Assembly (NCBI RefSeq): GCF_001194135.2 | Contig: NC_068999.1 | Span: forward strand, 39,884,916 to 39,924,877 | Source: Octopus bimaculoides | Taxonomy: Eukaryota | Length of the DNA: 39,962 nucleotides | Direction of reading: 5' to 3' | Shown here: positions 13,501-25,838 of the stretch, one piece after another | Numbering within the stretch: position 1 is the stretch's first letter | How the letters are laid out: each line of letters opens with the position of its first letter | Notes under the pieces: model-generated | The model's input: the letters and a program-made list of their open reading frames with translations, nothing else | What the model was told of the DNA's origin: nothing | Database searches by the model: none | Position numbers and translations under genes: made by a program

Positions 13501-14017
13501 GTAGGGGAAGTGAGCAAAAATTCAAGAATACGTAACCAGTAATGGATGTATATAGGCTTTACTGTAATACTGGCCTCCTTCATCAGGTTGCAATGATTGA
13601 CAAGATAGCAGTTTGCATTATGGTTCCAGAGAATTTAAGTGTAGAACCCATATTTTTTGTACTCCGTGTAAATTTATTTATTTTGTAAATATACAATTAT
13701 CTATACACTAATACATGAGTGTTCATCTGTTTTTCTGTATATATTTACATGTCTATATGTATTTATATTTTATATATGGAGCCAAGTGTATTTATTTCAA
13801 TTGCTGTCTCCATATTATGTTATTGGGATTGCTCTCATAGCTACTATGAACTCCACGGACTGAATCCCCGATGGAGACTTCAGAGTGTATTTTCAAATCA
13901 TATGAACACTACTACGTGTGTTATATATTGAGCATCCTTGGACATCATCTGTTGACTCCATTTATAAATATATATCAATATATATATATATACATATTTT
14001 ACCTACATACGAACATA

Positions 14018-14144
<127 letters not shown>

Positions 14145-14447
14145 ATGTATACTTCTATGTGTATGTGTGTATGTGATCGTACGTGCTGGTGTGTATCTGT
14201 GTTTATTATAAGTAAAAGTTGACTGACAACTCAGAGATTCACGACAAAGTGAGGCATTTTATGTCTATCACAAGCAGTCCAGCCCAGGTGATTGTCTAAG
14301 TAGACTATCAACTATTGATACAATACACTTATCTATCCAATCTACCGAACACGTTCAATCTTTAATCAAATGTTTGCTCAAACTAAAACTAAGTTTTAAC
14401 ATATTTTACAACAATTACATTTCACTTTCAATCTATCTGTCCATACA

Positions 14448-14537
14448 CGATCCCTATTGATCGGCCTTTCCTTTTTTTTTTCCGATCCCTTTTGATCGAA
14501 CTCCCCCTTTTTCCCTTCCTACGATCCCTTTTGATCG
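14448..14537. repeat. Three copies of a 16-bp quasi-palindrome CGATCCCT(A/T)TTGATCG with pyrimidine-rich spacers
   Basis: Copies at 14448-14463, 14483-14498 and 14522-14537; periods are 35 and 39 bp. Confidence 0.9.
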
Positions 14538-14677
14538 ACACCACCAATTTTTTTTTTTTTCCTTCCTTCCTCCTCCCAAAAAGAAAAGCTCTACATTGTA
14601 TTTGTCCCATCTTCGTTGAGCCCTGTGTGGCTAATAAAAGAAATGTATCTATCTATCTATCTACCTATCCATCTATC

Positions 14678-15362
14678 NNNNNNNNNNNNNNNNNNNNNNN
14701 NNNNNNNNNNNNNNNNNNNNNNNNNNNNNNNNNNNNNNNNNNNNNNNNNNNNNNNNNNNNNNNNNNNNNNNNNNNNNNNNNNNNNNNNNNNNNNNNNNNN
14801 NNNNNNNNNNNNNNNNNNNNNNNNNNNNNNNNNNNNNNNNNNNNNNNNNNNNNNNNNNNNNNNNNNNNNNNNNNNNNNNNNNNNNNNNNNNNNNNNNNNN
14901 NNNNNNNNNNNNNNNNNNNNNNNNNNNNNNNNNNNNNNNNNNNNNNNNNNNNNNNNNNNNNNNNNNNNNNNNNNNNNNNNNNNNNNNNNNNNNNNNNNNN
15001 NNNNNNNNNNNNNNNNNNNNNNNNNNNNNNNNNNNNNNNNNNNNNNNNNNNNNNNNNNNNNNNNNNNNNNNNNNNNNNNNNNNNNNNNNNNNNNNNNNNN
15101 NNNNNNNNNNNNNNNNNNNNNNNNNNNNNNNNNNNNNNNNNNNNNNNNNNNNNNNNNNNNNNNNNNNNNNNNNNNNNNNNNNNNNNNNNNNNNNNNNNNN
15201 NNNNNNNNNNNNNNNNNNNNNNNNNNNNNNNNNNNNNNNNNNNNNNNNNNNNNNNNNNNNNNNNNNNNNNNNNNNNNNNNNNNNNNNNNNNNNNNNNNNN
15301 NNNNNNNNNNNNNNNNNNNNNNNNNNNNNNNNNNNNNNNNNNNNNNNNNNNNNNNNNNNNNN
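14678..15362. other. Assembly gap (N run)
   Basis: N bases between (TATC)n and (TA)n. Confidence 1.
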
Positions 15363-15395
<33 letters not shown>

Positions 15396-16570
15396 ACACG
15401 AATATGTGTCACCAATTTCAGTATATAATTTGTTGTAAAAACATTGCCACTCTATAGCACATTAGTAAATGTAAAACTTCTCACTGACGTCAAGTGACCA
15501 AAATATATATACAATAACGGTGATTTATTAGAAAATACTATAAATATTTCATAGTGTTCTATAAACTTCACAGACGATTTCAGAATGCCTCTAATGTGTA
15601 TTTGTACACTCCAAAGAGAAAGCATAGAAATCCAATTACAAGCGATTTCAAAATTACAAGCTAGAGTAACGAAACAAAATTGCAGTATTGATCAAAGTAA
15701 AACCATGCACTCCGAGTATGGTTTTATTGTTTGTGCTGGTGAATAATACATTCAAAGAACTAACGCAATTGTATAGTTTAAGTGAGGCAAGAAGAGATCC
15801 AATTTTATTTATGTTACAGATCATGCGATGAAGAATTGTGCCAGACATGACAGTAAACTCCATCTTTTTATGTAAAAATTATTTTTATGCCTAATCTGAA
15901 GCTCTGTACCGGCGGATGATATGCTTCTGCTGGTGTGGTCACCCTTAAATAATCTCCGAAAATATATTCTTTGTTAACAAATTACAATGCACGCGTGTGT
16001 TTAGAAGAATTTTTCTACCAACTTATGGACAGTGACGTTATTGCATCTTACAAAATGTCAAGAAATGTTAAATTACCATTCTTAGCTCACTTACCTAAAT
16101 CTCACTCCTTCGATTACGACGACTAGGTGTCCATTTGATGCAATCAACGGCTGAGCCTAGCCGTGAAATTAACTTGTAAGTGACTCAGCACTGCACAGAC
16201 ACACGTACACTTCAGTTATACTGTCCGGCTCTATAAATGAGTCCAAACCTGAATTTTTCAGCCACGACATAGCTAAACAGAAAAGCTAGTAACTCAAGTT
16301 GTACAGAATTTCAGTGGAGCCTAAAATCATCATGTACTTGAGGTAGAAACTAGAGATAATGGAAACAGTGTATTTACTAATGGCCTCTTTACGTTAGGAA
16401 ATGTTTCGTCAATCAGCTTCAGGCATTTTTTTTTTTTCCTTTTCATATCAAGCGTATACACGATTGCCAGAGCACTTTAATACCAGAAAAAACCCAAAAA
16501 TGCTTTTAGAAGTAGCGGATACTATAGGAAGTAACCCAAAATAGATAACTAGATAATTTGTGTTAGAGCT

Positions 16571-17122
16571 NNNNNNNNNNNNNNNNNNNNNNNNNNNNNN
16601 NNNNNNNNNNNNNNNNNNNNNNNNNNNNNNNNNNNNNNNNNNNNNNNNNNNNNNNNNNNNNNNNNNNNNNNNNNNNNNNNNNNNNNNNNNNNNNNNNNNN
16701 NNNNNNNNNNNNNNNNNNNNNNNNNNNNNNNNNNNNNNNNNNNNNNNNNNNNNNNNNNNNNNNNNNNNNNNNNNNNNNNNNNNNNNNNNNNNNNNNNNNN
16801 NNNNNNNNNNNNNNNNNNNNNNNNNNNNNNNNNNNNNNNNNNNNNNNNNNNNNNNNNNNNNNNNNNNNNNNNNNNNNNNNNNNNNNNNNNNNNNNNNNNN
16901 NNNNNNNNNNNNNNNNNNNNNNNNNNNNNNNNNNNNNNNNNNNNNNNNNNNNNNNNNNNNNNNNNNNNNNNNNNNNNNNNNNNNNNNNNNNNNNNNNNNN
17001 NNNNNNNNNNNNNNNNNNNNNNNNNNNNNNNNNNNNNNNNNNNNNNNNNNNNNNNNNNNNNNNNNNNNNNNNNNNNNNNNNNNNNNNNNNNNNNNNNNNN
17101 NNNNNNNNNNNNNNNNNNNNNN
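16571..17122. other. Assembly gap (N run)
   Basis: N bases followed by (GA)n. Confidence 1.
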
Positions 17123-17153
<31 letters not shown>

Positions 17154-17482
17154 TTAGCTTACTGAGGTTCTAAACAAAGAGGTACTCTGAGTAAGTACTA
17201 CAATGGGTCATCCGTTAGGTGGTGAGTTTACAGTGGAGTCTAGAGCTAGGGATCCGTATGAGGCTTCCGTGTTAGTAGGTATATATTAGAGGTAAGGGAC
17301 AACAAAATCCAAGTTATTTATAATAATTTAATTAGGGTAAAGCTAATTTGAAGGCTTCGGCTGTTTCTGGGATGTCTCAAGTAATAGGTTAACATGTCCG
17401 TGCACTAGGTATTCCGTCATCAGAGGCAAGGTGAGTATGTATGAAAGTTCTAGACAGGGACATTTAGAGATTATAAATAATA

Positions 17483-17600
17483 AAATCCACTCACAAAGAA
17501 TTCGTCGGCCCGAGGCTGCAAGAGAAATCACTTGCCCATGATGCCATGCAGTAGAACTGAACCTAGGAGCATATGGTTCGGCAGCAAGCTTCTAAGCACA
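17483..17600 (-). mobile_element. OK-like SINE 5' fragment (tRNA head region)
   Basis: aaatccactcacaa..gtcggcccgaggct..cacttgccca...gccatgcag..actgaacc..atatggtt aligns by eye with 39770-39870. Confidence 0.75.
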
Positions 17601-17884
17601 CACACACACATATGGTTTTGGGCGTTAGCGTCTGCACAAATATAGGCAGGATAAAATACACAAAACGTATTGGCAATAAAGCTTGTAATAGATTCATTGA
17701 TATAGTAGACTATGACAATAAAAATATAAACATCGACAAAATTGGCGCCGACGCCGATGAGGAAGGCGATGACGACGATATGTAGATATGTGCCTTCGTT
17801 GTTACTGAAATTGCATAAGTAACAATGGCTAAACATAAATAAAAACATTTCAACGAAACGATGATGTACTAGAACTTAGGCACA

Positions 17885-17887
<3 letters not shown>

Positions 17888-17924
<37 letters not shown>

Positions 17925-18230
17925 NNNNNNNNNNNNNNNNNNNNNNNNNNNNNNNNNNNNNNNNNNNNGTGTGTGTGTGTGTGTGTGTGTGTGGTTGTGT
18001 GTATGTGTGTGTGTGCATGTGTGTATGTGTGTGGGTGTGTGTGGGTGTGTGTGTGTGTGGTTGTGTGTATGTGTGTGTGTGCATGTGTGTGTATGTGTGT
18101 GTGTGTGTGTGTTTGTATATATATATAAATCCTACCCACAGACACGCACATATATATACATATATACACATTTATTACAAACATACATGAATATATATAT
18201 ATATATATATATATACATATGCACACGCGT
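17888..18230 (+). repeat. Complex (TA)/(TG) microsatellite with a small gap (17925-17968) and an internal duplication of about 65 bp
   Basis: ggttgtgtgtatgtgtgtgtg(tg)catgtg occurs twice, near 17994 and 18059. Confidence 0.9.
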
Positions 18231-18754
18231 ATCCATATGTATATGTGTGTCTGTTCTTACGTGTATTTGTGTGTCTGCGTGAATGTATGTCCACAATAAT
18301 GAAAAGAGGAATATTCGAACTGTTACAGTGACTTAGACGTTAAAAATGTATGAACAGACATTGAACATCGATGCTCCACCACACAAATTCACACAAAACA
18401 CGCGTCATACATATAACGTATACACCATTTTCGAGAACAGACTCCATACACATATACATACCATATGCGAAATATAGTTGTACTTCTTATGTTTCCTCTT
18501 CTATAGACCTGTTCCCTCCAATTCTCTCTGTTTAGTCAATCTCCACACGTAAGCACACACATTATATATCTATAAAAATACGTGCATACAAGTATATGTG
18601 ACTATGTATATACGTTTGTTTTTATGCTTTTTAAGAACTTAGCTTCAAGCACAAGGTGAAACAAACACAATTATATAACTATATCTATACAATTATATCT
18701 ATCTCTGAGTCAATCTCTTTCCCTTTATCTCTCGCTATCTTCACTCTTTCTCAC

Positions 18755-18829
18755 CTCTCTCTCTCTCTCTCCCTCTATATATACCTATACATATAGATAG
18801 ATAGATAGACATGACAGGCAGACAGACAC

Positions 18830-18914
<85 letters not shown>

Positions 18915-18925
18915 CGGATGGATAG
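18755..18925 (+). repeat. (CT)n then (GATA)n tetranucleotide array
   Basis: Direct read. Confidence 0.97.
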
Positions 18926-19229
18926 ACATTGATATTTTAAATGCTATAAGCTAGATAGATATTAACCGACAAATTCACCAAAATACAATTACTCAATGAA
19001 AGCATTGATGTGCAATCATTTAATCACACAGAAATGCTTACAAATATATATGCCAGGAAAATAACGTTGAAAGAAAATCACTGGAAATTTTTGTTTAAAG
19101 AATTGAAATTATTTGAAATTTTGACATACTACTTTCAAATATTGTCTGTGTTTACGGAAGGAAGCAAGGAAGTATACATACATAGATACATAAATATTTA
19201 CATACTTGAATTCATATATGCTTGTGAAT

Positions 19230-19342
19230 ATAAGTGTATGTATGTCTATATGTGTTTACACTTATAAACACACGCATGTACATATATATACATATACATA
19301 TATATATATTTATATACATATATATGTATATATATATATATT

Positions 19343-19379
<37 letters not shown>

Positions 19380-19680
19380 TTGTATATATGTATGTATGTA
19401 CACTTCTTGAAACATTAAATGTAAACGAAATATCTATATTCAGCAAATATTTGTAAACACGAAGTAAATTATGTAGACTAATACAAATACGTATATGTGT
19501 ATATACTTAGATCTATACATATAGTTTTATGTACACATATACATATACATATTTCGAAATACACAGACACACATAAATATACTACATATATGCATACATA
19601 TATATATATNNNNNNNNNNTATATATATATATTTATATATATACATATATATATATGTATATATATATACGTACATATAT
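19230..19680 (+). repeat. Degenerate (TA)/(CA)/(TG) low-complexity tract including a 10-N gap at 19610-19619
   Basis: Direct read. Confidence 0.9.
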
Positions 19681-20354
19681 AATGCTAACATTTTGCTAAG
19701 TATAAATACAATTCAATGTTTGTTATGACTTTAAATACAGGAATTCTTAGAGGGCCAAATATTTCCTCTCCTATTTATTGTCTCCGACATAAGTATTCAA
19801 GTATTTCTTCTGGTCATCTAAAGACTATAATAGAGCACACAATATACAGTACAATATATTTTACAATATATTTTATTTAAATAGTTTGCATACATAAAAA
19901 TATATATTGTATTCTCATATAAGTTATATATCTATACTTATATAACTATATTTCAATGCACACATATATATTTATATATATATATTTCTGAGTGTGCATA
20001 CGTGTATGTATGTATATATGTATAGATATATAAATGTATGTGTATATGAATATATTTACACACACATATATATAGAGAGAGAGACACATATATACACATA
20101 TGTATGCATACATACATGCACATAGGTGCGATGTGTTTGTGTTTGTACGTGTATATGTGTGTACGTATGTGTGTGCATGTGCGCGCGTCTGTGTGTTTGT
20201 CTGTGTGTGTGTCTTGTGTTTGTGTGTAAGTGTGTGCTATGAAATGTTATCTTTAATGCTAATGGAGATAACTTTAACTTTCTCTTCTGAAGTTAAATAT
20301 TTTCTCTTGCGAACACATACGTACACTTCTATAGCACAAGAACAGATTCCAAGC

Positions 20355-20367
20355 CACACACACACAC

Positions 20368-20438
<71 letters not shown>
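20355..20438 (+). repeat. (CA)n microsatellite
   Basis: Direct read. Confidence 0.99.
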
Positions 20439-20441
<3 letters not shown>

Positions 20442-23400
20442 CAAATACGGATACATACGCGCGATCTCAGACACTCACACAGATTTATACATAGATATAT
20501 ATGAAGAGTATACACTTTTCTTTCATAATCGTTGTTGAACATATTTCCTATCACTCTCTATCCTCGCTGTCATTCCATAACTTCTCTCCTTAATTGACAT
20601 TGAGGCCATTTCTGACTTTTGCTTCACCATTTACCTTTAAGTCTTCTCCATGCGTTATCTCAAATAGAGTTCAGAGATCACAAGTTACACGCTTGATGTA
20701 GTCAAATCTTTGTTACTTTCAACGCTACTAAACTTTTGTTGAAGCTTTGTCGTTTCTCCATGGATTTACTATTTTAACACAGCCTGCTGTTTACCAGTAA
20801 TTATACTCATTAAATGATTATGAAATACTTCATGAATTGATATTTTGTTTGCCTTATAAACGGGATTCAGTTACAATAGTTTTTAATTTGTTATAAATTG
20901 ATATATATCTATGTTTCATATAATTTATGACACCTTGAAAATAAGCAATAACATTGTTATTAACAATATATCATCTGATTAGAGATTATTTGTACAGTAT
21001 TAGAGTGCCTGGGTCTAAATTCGTCTTCAAGTTTTAAGATAAGTTCAATCATTACTGGAGAGATAATAACACTGGTCAAACGCCAAAATGGTTCTTACAT
21101 ATGAATATATACTTCTTACTAATTTTCTAGCGCTGAATTCAGTTTACACACTAATTGTTTGCTATCGGACCAGGATTACTGTATATTGGATGGGAAATAT
21201 GTTCTTCGTACAGTCGGATTCAGCACCTTTGATTACCCATAACTCAGACCAGATCATATCAGAACCATGAAACAAAATTTATTGACCATATTATTTTTGC
21301 GACAGAATTTCCCTTAAATACCTCGAATTTTATCTCAGATTTGCTTGTACAAACGTCGGTCTTATTAAAAGAGTATGAGTCTTCAGATAAATAACGCCGG
21401 TGTTATTTCATTTGGATAGCGCTTGCATTAGGACTCTCGAAAAGGATTTCATGCGCATGGTATCAAATGTTATGGGGAATTTGATATGATCAATAGGTAT
21501 TTTGCTGCTGAATTCAATTGATTTTTGTATTAACTGTTAACAGGAATGTTTGTTCTATTGTGCCACTTCCAAGTTGGAAGCAATAAGACTCAAAGGAAAG
21601 CTAGTGTAAGAGTACTTTTGTGTACACGTAAACACAGACTCATACAGATGAATAACAGAAGTAAAAGGAACCTTAATAATATGGTGTAGAGATTATATGT
21701 ATTGATATATTAAAACATTGGTGTTGATTCAGTTTACTCATGTGCATAAGTATCATGTGCAATCACAAAATATTTGATAGGAAAAAATTTTATTGGTCAA
21801 GAGATACCATGCAATCTAATAGGTGGCAGAGCAAAATCATTGATATGTGGAGAGCTAGGGCAATATGTGAGCTAAGGGCATAAATATGTAATAGTGAATA
21901 TGTAAGGCAACTGTAGAAGTGAAAGAAAAATATTAAATGAAGGAGAAAAGGGTAAGAGTTTTGAAATAAAATGCCACAAGTATTAACAATATCATACAAA
22001 TGATTCCACTGTCTAGAATTTACATTTGTGTATCATCTCTGAACATCTCGGTTGAAGTTTTTCAATCGGCTTAGCTGTCAACTATTTAAAATGAATTTAG
22101 GATACGGCTGTCATTTATAAACTTAAAGACACTGATCATTAATAAAATTTCCCATTAGCATTGATTGAATACATCAAAGCCTGACTCTCTCTTCTGAAAA
22201 GGATACCAGCCCTTCGCAAATTGACTTTCAAGTGCCTCTTGGAGTCATTTGCAGCTGTGTCTGCGGGAACAGTCACAGCTATAATGTAGTTTGTTCAGGG
22301 GCTCAACTCCCAGCTCGATCGGAGAATAGAACCCATGGTCAAACAATGGTGAACCAAAAAATCTATATCATAGGGCACGTGATTTGGGGAATCAAAGTTG
22401 CATATTAAAATTAATATCATTTCCGAACATGATGCATTCGGAGAAAAACACTTCATAATCTGAACCTCGACATATTCGGATGTACATAGAGTCAACTAAT
22501 GCATTTACGCAAAATAATAAATGATAATCTTAATTGAATGAGAACGGATTACTGTGATGTGTAGTGTCAGAATAGATATAGATTTTGTTTTATTTGCTGC
22601 CAAATAAAACATCAATATTTGAACGTCACTTTTTATTTTTTGGTTTAAATTGAAACAGCACACATAAAATGTGGAGTCAAAGAAAATATCAGTTTAATGA
22701 CAGAGTGAAAATAAATGCAGTATTTTAAAAAAAACATCTATAAGAAAAATAAATCATCAATGATAGCTGACTGGAAACTACGTAAGTTTTATTGAATATT
22801 TTACAGTTTGCTTTTATAACATAATAGAGGAAAGGTAAAATAAACACATCGACAGAAAATTAACGGATAATTAATTTAATATTTTAGTGATTACGTTAGC
22901 AATTCTGAAAGTTGAAGTTTGTGTTATTTGTTTTTCATTCTAATGCTATTAATACACAATTTTATTTATCTCTGTTTACTTGTAATGTTGACAAATCGGG
23001 TTTGTCTGTTCATATTCGTTAAAATGCTAGTCATCATTGTTTGATATTAATATTGATTTTTGAGTAAATTTCCTCTGAGAAAATAGAATCATATTTCAAA
23101 CGATGTCCCATGCGTTTTCCGGACATTGTCCACAATATTTTCATTGAAAATTCTCAAGAGAACTAAACGGCTGGCAATAATCATATTATTTTCAGAGAAC
23201 GTCTCTAACGATTAATGATAGCAATTCAACAGTGTTAATGCATGGCCGTATCTGATGGTTGTAATAAAATAAGTAATAATTTGAAGTTCCCTCTGTAAGT
23301 GCTCAATTGAATCTTTGTAATTAAACCGTTTTGCTCGACGTGATAAACAATGTATTTGTTATTTTAGGAAACGAATTCAAACAACGTGTTATCTCGTGGT

Positions 23401-24594
23401 TTGGTCTGTGATATGTTTCGGTTAAGCATACGTTGCGTAAAGTGTGGAGGTGGTGGGGAACATCGTACGATTAAAAAAGATCATAAACAAAAACACAATG
23501 ATATGCGTGAGAGTCGGAGTATAGGACTAAAAAGGAGGATAAGAAAAAGTCTTTGAGAGGTTTACTCAGACAAGTTACATTGAGGCATTTAATTTCTTCA
23601 TGAAAAGCAGAGCATTCATGGCTCCAGAGATTTATTCCAAATAGTATTCTTTTATATTCTTTATTTTGTATATTTTTATCACAAACCGTTATTTTGTCTA
23701 ATAGTTTTATTAGAATTTGTTCATTGCAATTGAGATTTATTTTCTAAGCGTGACGTATAGTACGGCTCCATGTTTACTAAACCTTTTCGTTTCTTGTTTT
23801 AAAATATCGCAAGATTCACAGTGAGCTGTATTCCATTTCAACGTGAAGAATAATAGGAGACTTCCAACATCTCAAATTAGAAGCTTAGGCGTTAAAAAGA
23901 ATTATACTGCGGTTTTTAGCGTGGACTAGACGTATTTGTATCAATCTAGCAAATGGAGCAACAGGAAGTGGCACCAATTCTTTCGTAAATTATCTTTGTG
24001 ATAGACAAACCAGTTCTAGCTCCATTTCGTACACCGCTCATTTTCCTGAATTAACTATGGTCTACATCCGTATCACGTAACAGGGTTAACAAATCAAGTT
24101 GGTGACATATGTTTACGTATACCACAGAAATAATACTGGAACCGATTTTGCGATTTCTAACTTATCGTTTATCAGAGAAAACTGATTTTGACAAGAATTA
24201 CAATGCACAATAAGGCTGCCTGGTTCCATTTGGTTCTTGAACAGGGGTTCATCTTTCCGTAATCAATATGCCACTGTAGTTGTTGGACTGAGTCAATGCT
24301 CATGTTTTTAACGAAGACGAATATAAATCATGAGAAATCGAGGATGTCGTCTGTTTTATTTTCCTGCACAGTGGGACAAAATGGATGTCGGGTACATTGG
24401 TTCTCTGCATGTTCATTTAACTTGTCTTTCTATAGCAGCAACATTTTCCCAATTGTTTAGTATGTATACGTATCTCTAATTCTATATTATATTCCACTAT
24501 GTGGCAAGAAATAACTAATGTGATATTAGACATATTAGTACGGGAAGTTATGAGGTTGGGTACTCTTGTTATTACTAGTGGATGAAACTTTTGC

Positions 24595-24627
<33 letters not shown>

Positions 24628-24634
24628 AATAAAA

Positions 24635-24714
<80 letters not shown>

Positions 24715-24715
24715 T
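24595..24715 (+). repeat. (TAA)n microsatellite
   Basis: Direct read; source of the poly-Ile ORFs. Confidence 0.99.
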
Positions 24716-24903
24716 AGAAAGCGAAATCTGCACGTGTGCACTTTTTATGAAACTCATTGGACATCTCAGGAGAATTCAGTTTCATGTAAACCGTTTTTAT
24801 TTTACAAGATGTCTCGTCTGAGTGATTACATTAGTTTTATGTCTGGAAAATCACACATCTTATAATTACTTTTATTTTTTTAAATTTTTATTATTATTAT
24901 TTT

Positions 24904-24934
<31 letters not shown>

Positions 24935-25461
24935 TTGCTCTTTCTCTTAATACAAATGGAATAACACATCTCCATGTGCATCCTGAAATGCTAGGTTGTT
25001 ATTTTTTCGATCGATTGTAGGTTGTCCTTTTAGCAGATTGCTATCACAGTTCATACTTCTTCACAGTCACTGCGCATTATTAAATGCCAGTTCACTGAAA
25101 TAACACGTTAATATGTTTTCCTATAATAACTAATTAATCATGAAAATACATTTATAAAATATATAAAATTTATGACTAAGTATGTGTGTGTATAATTTTT
25201 TGTATTTTATATATTTCTACTTATAGAATTGTCGTTAATGCAAAAGTACCGGTTTCTAATTTACATCTAAGAAAATTTGATTGGGCTTTTAACTCTACCA
25301 ACAGAGGAGTTGTTCATGTACATTTGTATATGTACAACTGTTTGGCTTCAGTGCGTTTATAGATATATGTATTTTGCTTTATGTAAGTGTACTCATATAT
25401 CTAGTTATAAACAGATAGATAGACAGACAGTCAAGCAGACAGATACATGTGGAGATAGATA

Positions 25462-25626
25462 GTTAAATTCCATTCCTATGTCAGATGAAACTGTTGTTAT
25501 CAATTCCAGCTGATTTTTGGTATTCTTAGCATAAATCTGTCGGTCATCCACGAAGACATTATGGGTTACAGCAATAACTCTATGGGTGGCAGACCGTAGC
25601 ATGTGACCATTCGATTTTTGAAGCAA
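25462..25626 (-). mobile_element. Degenerate R4/Dong-clade RT fragment carrying the catalytic (Y/F)xDD motif
   Basis: Supplied ORF 25405-25626 reads HNVFVDDRQIYAKNTKNQLELITTVSSDIGMEF, matching HLLFMDDLKLYAKN...LE.L..TV..FS.DIGMEF. It overlaps in content with the SKDIG segment at about 3190. Confidence 0.75.
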
Positions 25627-25692
25627 GAATGCGAATTAATTTATCGCCAAAATTAGCACACTGTATGTATTTATATGCTCTATACTACAGAT

Positions 25693-25838
25693 TTCTTTCA
25701 ATTTCAGTCCACCAAATCTACACACAAGTCTTTGATCAGTTCAAGGCTATAGTAGAACATATTAACCTGGGTTAAGGTTGAACTCTGAACCTGGTGGTTG
25801 GGAAGCAAATATTTTAGCACACAGCTATTCCTGTGCCT
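25693..25838 (-). mobile_element. Diverged OK-like SINE 5' fragment
   Basis: ttctttcaatttc..ccaccaaatctacacacaagtctttg..aggctatagtagaa..gaacc.ggtggttgggaagcaa..cacacagc aligns with the other copies. Confidence 0.7.

Noticed and set aside
14448-14537. CRISPR array interpretation of the repeat-spacer motif
   Set aside because: Only three 16-bp repeats, low-complexity spacers, no cas genes and a eukaryotic context.
15820-15852. 33-nt plus-strand candidate micro-exon after ttatgttacAG
   Set aside because: Weak donor (ACA|GTAAAC) and no other support.
17165-17480. Possible old RTE RT remnant on the minus strand, or plus-strand donor AAG|GTGAGT at about 17429
   Set aside because: Motif resemblance is too weak to call by eye and there is no convincing open exon.
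20560-20760. Minus-strand LNSI*DNAWRRLK, resembling the Tc1 SPDLNPIEN.W motif
   Set aside because: Too degenerate, and no TIRs or other DDE motifs were found.
21385-21420. INNAGV, resembling the SDR NNAG motif
   Set aside because: A stop follows within five codons and no other SDR motifs are nearby.
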